A stretch of DNA of 32,000 nucleotides, taken from Vibrio cholerae ATCC 14035 (GTDB lineage: Bacteria; Pseudomonadota; Gammaproteobacteria; Enterobacterales; Vibrionaceae). Below are positions 24,889-32,000 of this stretch, piece by piece. Within the stretch, counting starts at the first letter, position 1. Every line of letters begins with the position of its first letter. The stretch lies in NCBI RefSeq assembly GCF_000621645.1, contig NZ_JHXR01000015.1, forward strand, positions 1 to 32,000, written 5' to 3'. Under the pieces are notes generated by a model. The model saw only the letters and a list, made by a program, of their open reading frames with translations, was not told where the DNA came from and searched no databases. A program made the translations under genes and the position numbers.

Positions 24889-26685
24889 ATGACGTATTTC
24901 AACGACACTATTAGCCGCTCTTGGCTGATAACTCAAGTAAAAAAACATCGCGCCAAACTGTTGTTTGCTAACTTTATTGCCGTCGTCGCGACGCTAATCA
25001 GTGTTCCTATCCCACTGCTCATGCCGTTAATGGTGGATGAAGTGCTGCTCAATCATCCGGCAAAAGGTGTGGAGGTGATGAACCAGTTCCTGCCACAAGG
25101 GTGGCAGACCGCAACGGGTTACATCATGCTGACTTTGCTGATGGTGGTGGTGATGCGTATTGCCAGTCAGTTGTTGAATATCCTACAAAGTCGTCAGTTT
25201 ACTTTGGTTTCCAAAACCATCACTTACGAAATGCGCCGTAAGATGATTGAAAAGCTGGGGCGGCTCAGTATTCGTCAGTATGAAACGCGCGGCAGTGGCG
25301 GGATTAACGCTCACCTCATCACAGATATTGAAACCATCGACCAGTTTATTGGCTCTACACTGAGTAAGTTTTTGATTTCTTTGCTTACTGTGATTGGTAC
25401 CGCCATTGTATTGCTTTGGTTGGAGTGGCGACTTGGCCTGTTTATTCTGTTAGTGAACCCGATTGTTATCTACTTTTCTCGGATGCTAGGCAGCCAAGTT
25501 AAACATTTGAAAAAACGCGAAAACCAAGCGTTTGAGCGTTTTCAAAACCGCTTAGTGGAAACGTTAGATGGTATCTATCAGTTGCGTGCCGCAAACAAGG
25601 AGCGCGAGTTCCTCAACCGCCTCATCAGCGATGCGGACGCAGTACGCGAAAATGCTGACAAATACGCATGGCAATCTGAAGCCGCTGGTCGCCTCTCCTT
25701 CTTACTGTTTTTACTCGGTTTTGAGCTGTTTCGTGCCGTAGCCATGTTAATGGTGGTGTTCAGTGACCTTACCATAGGCCAGATTTTCGCGGTGTTTGGC
25801 TACTTGTGGTTTATGCTCAGCCCGGTGCAAGAGCTGTTGGGTATCCAGTTTTCTTGGTATGCCGCTAAGGCCGCTTTGAAAAGAATCAATAGCTTATTAG
25901 AGCTAGAAGAAGAGTACCGACCCATCAGCAAAGTCAATCCCTTTACTCAGCCGGGAGAAGTCGATATTGAGATCAACAATATCCATTTCTCCTACGATGG
26001 TGAAAGCCAAGTCCTGAATGATTTGTCACTTCATATCCCAGCGGGGAAAAAGGTGGCGTTAGTCGGAGCCAGTGGCGGAGGGAAATCGACGCTGATTCAG
26101 CTCTTAATTGGCGTTTATCGCGCGCAAAGTGGCGCAATCCGCTTTAATGGACAACACTGTGATGACATTAGCTTTGACGTGATTCGCGATCAAATTGCCG
26201 TTGTTTTACAACAACCTATACTGTTTAATGACACTTTGCGGCATAATCTGACCCTTGGTGGTCAATTTAGCGATGATGTCTTGTGGCAAGCGTTGGACAT
26301 CGCCCAACTGCAAGATGTGATCACCAAACTCGACCAAGGGTTAGAGAGCCAAATTGGTCGTAATGGCATTCGATTGTCAGGCGGACAAAGACAGCGGCTA
26401 GCGATTGCGCGTATGGTGCTGAGTAATCCAAAATTCGTTATTTTGGATGAAGCCACTTCCGCCTTGGATACGGCTACTGAAGCCGCATTGCACCTTGCGT
26501 TGTCAAAGTTTTTGCATGGTCGAACTACCTTGATTGTTGCCCATCGCCTCTCAGCGGTGAAACAAGCGGACTTAATTTATGTATTGGAAGATGGACATGT
26601 CAGCCAGTCAGGAACTCACCACGAGTTACTCGAACAAGAAGGCTTGTACCAAACCCTTTATGGGAGTGTTCAGTCGCAGCACTAA
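24889..26685 (+). CDS. Fused TMD-NBD ABC exporter (type I, MsbA/MdlB-like half transporter)
   Basis: Six predicted TM helices precede an NBD with Walker A GASGGGKST, signature LSGGQRQR and Walker B ILDEATSALD. The start is ATG 24889 or 24853. Confidence 0.85.
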   Translation: MTYFNDTISRSWLITQVKKHRAKLLFANFIAVVATLISVPIPLLMPLMVDEVLLNHPAKGVEVMNQFLPQGWQTATGYIMLTLLMVVVMRIASQLLNILQSRQFTLVSKTITYEMRRKMIEKLGRLSIRQYETRGSGGINAHLITDIETIDQFIGSTLSKFLISLLTVIGTAIVLLWLEWRLGLFILLVNPIVIYFSRMLGSQVKHLKKRENQAFERFQNRLVETLDGIYQLRAANKEREFLNRLISDADAVRENADKYAWQSEAAGRLSFLLFLLGFELFRAVAMLMVVFSDLTIGQIFAVFGYLWFMLSPVQELLGIQFSWYAAKAALKRINSLLELEEEYRPISKVNPFTQPGEVDIEINNIHFSYDGESQVLNDLSLHIPAGKKVALVGASGGGKSTLIQLLIGVYRAQSGAIRFNGQHCDDISFDVIRDQIAVVLQQPILFNDTLRHNLTLGGQFSDDVLWQALDIAQLQDVITKLDQGLESQIGRNGIRLSGGQRQRLAIARMVLSNPKFVILDEATSALDTATEAALHLALSKFLHGRTTLIVAHRLSAVKQADLIYVLEDGHVSQSGTHHELLEQEGLYQTLYGSVQSQH

Positions 26686-26733
26686 TGGTGTTACTAATGG
26701 TGTTAATGGCGGCTCCTATTGTGTTGTCCGCCT

Positions 26734-27978
26734 ATGACCTCCTCATCCTCTTTATCTCATCATGCATCGCAGTCGGGTCAAGTTCGTTTGTGCCCCGGCT
26801 GCGAACTGCCTATTGATGCGATTACGGTTGACCAAGCCCACAGCGCTCATTGCCCCCGTTGTGGCACGCTACTTTATCGTGGCGGTAGCCCTTCTCTCTC
26901 CGGCGATCTTGCTCTTGCGGTCACTTGTTTGCTGCTGTTTATTCCTTCCCACTTTTTCAGTTACATCGATATTCGACTGTTTGGTGTGATGATCCCAGCC
27001 ACCTTGCCGCAAGGTGTATTCGCTTTGTGGGATGAAGGTTACATCGCCTTGGCGTTATTGGTGCTGTTTTGTAGCTCGATTGCGCCACTGGTTTTATGTT
27101 TGAGTGTAGTCAGTGCTCATCTCGCCCTGCGTTTTCGCTATTTTCAGACCCTGCGTTACTCATTGCTCTTTATTCATCATCTCAAAGTCTGGGTCATGAT
27201 CGATGTGTTCCTGGTTAGCGTGGCCGTGTCCTGCTTTAAGCTAAAAGATTACTCCGATATTTTTATCGGCCCCGGATTATTAGGGTTGGTGCTTCTGCAA
27301 CTGTTTACGGTCTTACTGCTTAGTCGTATCAGTACTCGCCGCTATTGGGAAACCTGGCAAGCTGAAACGGAATATGATTTGCCCGTCAAGCAGGTGCATT
27401 GCCATAACTGCCACCTTTCACAGCCAGAAAATGGTCACTGTGTTCGCTGTCAGCACAAGCTTTACCACAGAAAACCTAACTCTATAGAACGAACATGGGC
27501 TTATGTTTTAGCAGCAACGGTGGCGATTTTTCCTGCTAACTTGATCCCTATTTCTATTTTGATCACCAATGGTCAGCGCTTGGAAGATACGATTTTTTCT
27601 GGTGTGGCTTCGCTCGTGAAAAATGGCATGTGGGGTATTGCGCTGATCATCTTTGTCGCCAGTATTGTGGTTCCCGTGATCAAAATCATTGGCCTCGCCT
27701 ATCTCTTAATGGCCATCAAACTGAAACGTCACGTGCATCAGCGTCAACGTATGATGATTTATCGTGGCATCAAATGGATTGGCAAATGGTCGGTGATGGA
27801 TCTGTTTGTCATCTCTATCATGCTGACATTGGTTGACCGAGGTCAGATCCTCGATTTTACTCCCGGTTACGGGGCTGTCGCTTTTGGTATGGTCGTGGTG
27901 CTCACCATGTTAGCCGCGGAAAGTTTAGATCCGCGCTTACTGTGGGATGAGCCCGACTCCACTCGTACTCAACAATAG
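26734..27978 (+). CDS. letA: LetA/YebS (PqiA family) inner-membrane protein
   Basis: It has two PqiA-type halves, each starting with a Cys4 zinc-ribbon (CPGC...CPRC and CHNC...CVRC) followed by TM helices. It sits between msrC and letB-rsmF as in E. coli. Confidence 0.85.
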   Translation: MTSSSSLSHHASQSGQVRLCPGCELPIDAITVDQAHSAHCPRCGTLLYRGGSPSLSGDLALAVTCLLLFIPSHFFSYIDIRLFGVMIPATLPQGVFALWDEGYIALALLVLFCSSIAPLVLCLSVVSAHLALRFRYFQTLRYSLLFIHHLKVWVMIDVFLVSVAVSCFKLKDYSDIFIGPGLLGLVLLQLFTVLLLSRISTRRYWETWQAETEYDLPVKQVHCHNCHLSQPENGHCVRCQHKLYHRKPNSIERTWAYVLAATVAIFPANLIPISILITNGQRLEDTIFSGVASLVKNGMWGIALIIFVASIVVPVIKIIGLAYLLMAIKLKRHVHQRQRMMIYRGIKWIGKWSVMDLFVISIMLTLVDRGQILDFTPGYGAVAFGMVVVLTMLAAESLDPRLLWDEPDSTRTQQ

Positions 27979-27987
27979 GTTGTTTGA

Positions 27988-30627
27988 ATGAGTCAAGAAA
28001 ATACAACGCAAACGTCATACACACCGGAAATCCGCAAACGTCGGGGCATCTCTCCGTTGTGGATCTTACCCATAGTGACCATGATTTTAGCGGGTTGGCT
28101 GGTGTTTAAAGCGGTGCATGATGCTGGAGTGCGGATTCAAATTCATTTTGAAAACGCGCAAGGCTTAATCGCAGGTCGAACCACCATTCGCTATCAAGGA
28201 TTGGAAGTGGGGATGGTGCGCGACATCAAACTCTCTGAAGGATTGGATAGCATCTACGTCGAGGCGGATATTTATCCTGAAGCCACTAAGCTTCTCTCCA
28301 ATCAAACGCGTTTTTGGATGGTCAAACCGACGGCGAGTTTATCCGGCGTTTCTGGGCTAGATGCGCTTGTATCAGGAAACTATATTGCGATCCAACCGGG
28401 TTCAACGCATCAAGAGGATTATCCAACACAATATCAAGCACTGGACTCAGCCCCCTCGGATCTACTGGCACAACGCGGCTTGACCATTTCTCTCAAAGCT
28501 CGCGATTTAGGTGGCATCTCGGTCGGCTCGCAGATTGTGTATAAAAAAATCCCGATTGGTGAAGTGTTTAGCTATCAGTTGGATGATGATGCGCAGTCGG
28601 TGATTATCCAAGCCTCGATCAAAGAGGAGTACCAACACATCATTAATACGGAAAGCCGCTTTTGGAACGTGAGTGGTATTGGTGCCAGTATCGGCTTTGA
28701 AGGGGTCGATGTTCGTCTAGAAAGCTTAAGCGCGCTGATTGGCGGCTCGATTGCGGTCGACTCACCTGATGAAGGCAAACCCGTAGAGCAAAATGCGCAG
28801 TTTCGTCTGTATCGCGATTTAAAAACCGCGGGGCGCGGTATTGCGGTATCGATCACTTTACCGGATGACAACAACATCTCAGCGTCCGGCGCCCCCATCA
28901 TGTATCGTGGTATTGAGATTGGCCAAATTACCGATTTACAGCTAACCGAAAACCGCAAAAGTATCGTGGCCTCTGCTGCGATTCAGCCTGCGTTTAGCGA
29001 TATGCTGAATCAGGGCAGCCAGTTTGTTCTTGAAGAAGCACAAGTCTCTTTAACTGGGGTAGAAAACCTGACCAATCTTGTGAAGGGTAACTACCTCACC
29101 CTGATCCCCGGAGCCGGAGAGCGCACGCGTAACTTTCAGGCCGTACGCAAAAATGAATTTAAGTATGCGCGCTCCAACAGCATCAGTTTCAATCTTGTGG
29201 CAGATAACTCATTTGGTTTAGAAGCGGGAACCCCGATTTTGTATCGCGGCGTGGCCGTAGGTAGCGTTACTGCCGTGAATCTTAAACTCGATTATGTTGA
29301 GTTTAACGTATTGATTGATGAGCAATATGGCGCGTTGATCCGCTCCCAAAACCGTTTCTACGTCACTGGAAGTGCAGCGGCTGAGCTTACGGAATCGGGA
29401 CTTTCTGTTTCTATTCCACCTGCGAAACAACTGTTGCTTGGGTCGATCAGTTTTGCCAGTGAAGGCAGTAGCACACCGCTTGAACAGTATCGACTCTACT
29501 CGAGTCAGTCTCTGGCTGAATTGGCGAAATACAATCAGTCAGGCTCTCGTTCATTAACGCTGTTTGCTCATGAGCTGCCTTCAATCAATGCTGGCTCTCC
29601 CCTTTTGTATCGCAATTTGAAAGTCGGCAGTATCTCGGGCTTTACTCTTACGCCTAAAGGCGTGCAGATTGAAGCGACCATCGAAAAGCAGTATCAGCAT
29701 TTATTGACACCAGATACGGTCTTTTGGAACCGCTCTGGCGTAGAAATCAAAGCGTCGATGGATGGCGTAGATGTAAAAGCCGCACCATTACAAACTCTGA
29801 TCCGTGGTGGCATCGCCTTTGATAATCTGCCCGGAATTGAAAACAAAGTCGGTTCGATGTGGAAACTCTACAGCGACTATGATCATGCACGTCGCTATGG
29901 TGAGAAAATCACGCTGACCGCACTTGGCACATTGGGAGTCAAAGTGGGCACGCCAGTGCAATACCAAGGCGTACAAATTGGCGAGGTATTTGAAATCATT
30001 CCTGATTTTGAATCGGATTTCGTCAAACTCGCCGCGCGTATCGAGCCACAATACGCCCCGAAAATTGCCAAGCAGAATTCACAATTCTGGCTTTCGCAAG
30101 CCAAAATTGGCCTAAGCGGTATTGAAAACGTGCAGAACCTGTTGGGACAAAGCATTGAAGTACAACCTGGCAATGGTGAAAGTCGTTTTGAGTTTGAACT
30201 GCACAAAGAGGCGCGCCATGGTGGTGCTGGCAATACTTACACTTTGCAGAGTGAAAAACGCGGCTCGGTGAGTGTGGGCACCCCGATTCTGTATCGTGAT
30301 ATTGAAGTGGGCAAAGTGATTGATGTACGTTTAGGTGAATTTGCCGACCGCGTGATCACCACCATTCGTATAGCTCCGCAGTACACCTATTTGCTGCGTC
30401 AAAACAGCGTATTCTGGAATGTCTCTGGGCTCGATATGTCGATTGGTATTACTGGTGCGAATGTGAAAGCCGGTACTTTTGACAGCATGTTGCGCGGCGG
30501 GATCACCTTCGCGACGCCAGAGCAGAAACAGCTAACGCCGGCGGCGCCTGAAGGGCATACTTTCTACCTCTACCCTCAAGCCCAAGAGGAATGGACCAAG
30601 TGGCGCACACCGATCCCTAAGCCTTAG
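27988..30627 (+). CDS. letB: LetB/YebT, a seven-MCE-domain envelope-spanning lipid transport protein
   Basis: 879 aa with an N-terminal TM anchor. Seven repeats of the MCE core motif are present (TIRYQGLEVGMV, QIVYKKIPIGEV, PIMYRGIEIGQI, PILYRGVAVGSV, PLLYRNLKVGSI, PVQYQGVQIGEV, PILYRDIEVGKV). Confidence 0.88.
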   Translation: MSQENTTQTSYTPEIRKRRGISPLWILPIVTMILAGWLVFKAVHDAGVRIQIHFENAQGLIAGRTTIRYQGLEVGMVRDIKLSEGLDSIYVEADIYPEATKLLSNQTRFWMVKPTASLSGVSGLDALVSGNYIAIQPGSTHQEDYPTQYQALDSAPSDLLAQRGLTISLKARDLGGISVGSQIVYKKIPIGEVFSYQLDDDAQSVIIQASIKEEYQHIINTESRFWNVSGIGASIGFEGVDVRLESLSALIGGSIAVDSPDEGKPVEQNAQFRLYRDLKTAGRGIAVSITLPDDNNISASGAPIMYRGIEIGQITDLQLTENRKSIVASAAIQPAFSDMLNQGSQFVLEEAQVSLTGVENLTNLVKGNYLTLIPGAGERTRNFQAVRKNEFKYARSNSISFNLVADNSFGLEAGTPILYRGVAVGSVTAVNLKLDYVEFNVLIDEQYGALIRSQNRFYVTGSAAAELTESGLSVSIPPAKQLLLGSISFASEGSSTPLEQYRLYSSQSLAELAKYNQSGSRSLTLFAHELPSINAGSPLLYRNLKVGSISGFTLTPKGVQIEATIEKQYQHLLTPDTVFWNRSGVEIKASMDGVDVKAAPLQTLIRGGIAFDNLPGIENKVGSMWKLYSDYDHARRYGEKITLTALGTLGVKVGTPVQYQGVQIGEVFEIIPDFESDFVKLAARIEPQYAPKIAKQNSQFWLSQAKIGLSGIENVQNLLGQSIEVQPGNGESRFEFELHKEARHGGAGNTYTLQSEKRGSVSVGTPILYRDIEVGKVIDVRLGEFADRVITTIRIAPQYTYLLRQNSVFWNVSGLDMSIGITGANVKAGTFDSMLRGGITFATPEQKQLTPAAPEGHTFYLYPQAQEEWTKWRTPIPKP

Positions 30628-30646
30628 TCGCAAAAGATAACGTGAA

Positions 30647-30680
30647 GAAAAGCAGCCTTGTGCTGCTTTTCTACTTTTCG
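30647..30680 (+). terminator. Rho-independent terminator of letB
   Basis: A perfect 10-bp stem GAAAAGCAGC/GCTGCTTTTC with a 5-nt loop is followed by TACTTTT. Confidence 0.7.
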
Positions 30681-30710
30681 GCGATCCTTTATGTCACCGC
30701 CTTATCTGGT

Positions 30711-30716
30711 TATAAT
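30711..30716 (+). promoter_or_regulatory. Putative -10 element of the rsmF promoter
   Basis: A perfect TATAAT lies 32 nt upstream of the proposed GTG start. The -35 is weak (TTTATG). Confidence 0.35.
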
Positions 30717-30747
30717 CGCCGCCCTTATTCATCTACGGAACTCGCTT

Positions 30748-32000
30748 GTGCATCCGAACATTTCCCTTCCCGAACCATTCATCGCGTCGATGGCGAAAAT
30801 ACTGCCAGATCCCACTCAGCTTGCTGATTTTATTGCAGCTTGCCAAAGGCCTCTGCGCAAAAGTATTCGCGTTAATACACTCAAAATTTCTGTCGCAGAG
30901 TTTTGTCAGCGCGCCGCTGAGAAAGAGTGGCAACTGACGCCAGTACCTTGGTGTGAGAATGGGTTTTGGATTGATGCCGATGAAAGCTTAGTCCCGCTGG
31001 GTAATACCGCTGAGCATATGGCTGGGCTGTTTTATATCCAAGAAGCCAGTTCGATGATGCCCGTTTCAGCCCTGTTTATGGGGAATGCGCACTATGACTC
31101 TGTGTTGGATATGGCGGCGGCTCCGGGCTCGAAAACCACGCAAATGGCCGCCTTGATGGACAACCAAGGCGTGTTGGTTGCCAATGAGTTTTCCGCAAGC
31201 CGAGTGAAAGTGCTGCACGCCAACATTGAGCGCTGTGGGATTCGTAATACCGCACTAAGTAATTTTGATGGTTGTGTGTTTGGAGGTTGGTTGCCTGAGC
31301 GTTTTGATGCGGTGTTGATCGACGCGCCCTGCTCTGGTGAAGGTACAATTCGCAAAGATCCTGATGCGATGAAAAACTGGAGCCTTGAGTCGATTCAAAG
31401 TATTGCCAACACTCAAAAAGCCTTAATTGAAAGCGCATTTCAGGCGCTCAAAGTGGGCGGCACGCTGGTGTATTCAACCTGTACCTTGAGCCGTGAAGAA
31501 AATCAGCAAGTGTGCTGGCACTTAAAGCAGACATATGGTGATGCGGTTAGCTTTGAATCACTGGGTAATTTATTTGAGCACGCATCGCTCGCCCTTACCG
31601 AAGAAGGCTTCCTGCACATTTTTCCGCAAATGTACGATTGTGAAGGCTTTTTTGTCGCGAAAATTCGTAAACTAGCCTCCGTGCCAACGCCAGAGGTCAA
31701 CAAGCGATTAGGCAAGTTTCCGTTTAACAAAGCGAGCCATAAGCAGCAAGCGGAGATTGCTCAGCAACTTCACAAGTCTCTTGGTATCGAGCTGCCCTCG
31801 GATGCACAGGTCTGGTTGCGCGATAATGATGTGTGGCTATTCCCCGAAGCTTTAGAGCCCTTATTGGGTGAGCTACGCTTTTCTCGCATGGGAATAAAAA
31901 TTGCTGAAGCACATAAATCGGGTTATCGATGGCAGCATCAAGTGGCGACTTGTCTTGCATCCTCAAGTGCGAGTCACAGTGTCGAGCTGGATACCACGCA
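30748..32000 (+). CDS. rsmF: 16S rRNA m5C1407 methyltransferase RsmF (YebU), 3'-truncated by the window edge
   Basis: This ORF is missing from the supplied track because it runs off the window. My own translation gives [46 protein letters not shown]...[10 protein letters not shown]...DAPCSGEGT..., collinear with E. coli RsmF. The GTG at 30748 matches the E. coli N-terminal length; ATG 30790 is the alternative. Confidence 0.85.
   Translation, partial: MHPNISLPEPFIASMAKILPDPTQLADFIAACQRPLRKSIRVNTLKISVAEFCQRAAEKEWQLTPVPWCENGFWIDADESLVPLGNTAEHMAGLFYIQEASSMMPVSALFMGNAHYDSVLDMAAAPGSKTTQMAALMDNQGVLVANEFSASRVKVLHANIERCGIRNTALSNFDGCVFGGWLPERFDAVLIDAPCSGEGTIRKDPDAMKNWSLESIQSIANTQKALIESAFQALKVGGTLVYSTCTLSREENQQVCWHLKQTYGDAVSFESLGNLFEHASLALTEEGFLHIFPQMYDCEGFFVAKIRKLASVPTPEVNKRLGKFPFNKASHKQQAEIAQQLHKSLGIELPSDAQVWLRDNDVWLFPEALEPLLGELRFSRMGIKIAEAHKSGYRWQHQVATCLASSSASHSVELDTT

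Noticed and set aside
30764-30771. KOPS motif (GGGAAGGG on the minus strand) considered as evidence for orientation toward a dif on the left
   Set aside because: There is a single occurrence, and about two per strand are expected by chance, so it carries no statistical weight.

Overview
This window looks like ordinary core chromosome from a Vibrio, probably V. cholerae-like. That call rests on recalled protein similarity and on synteny with E. coli blocks; I could not run a search. Gene order is: a possible end of a Xer-dependent integrated element with a dif-like junction (1-333); a TolA-domain-III-like secreted protein; DUF3634; matP; then divergently ycbZ (Lon-like) and fabA; then on the minus strand rmf, a DUF3466 GlyGly-CTERM protein, uup, a glutaredoxin-like protein, rlmL, zapC, pyrD, a large NAD-glutamate dehydrogenase, DUF2835, pepN, a secreted two-domain protein, prc, proQ and msrC; then on the plus strand an ABC exporter, letA (yebS), letB (yebT) and rsmF, which runs off the 3' edge. 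Most genes have clear Rho-independent terminators. I found no rRNA, tRNA, CRISPR array, transposase, integrase, toxin-antitoxin pair or recognisable defence module, and no convincing new multi-gene system. The observations most worth checking are: (1) a half-dif site at 306-333 with a good XerC arm and central region but an unrelated XerD arm, as expected at an IMEX junction; (2) a single in-frame TAG splitting an otherwise intact 1613-codon NAD-GDH gene; (3) a matS-like palindrome at 8493-8505 in the same window as matP, consistent with a terminus-proximal location; (4) a hairpin plus U-run shared between the gdh terminator and the predicted pyrD transcription start; (5) an ABC exporter inserted directly upstream of letAB. 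All functional calls are by recalled homology and motifs only.
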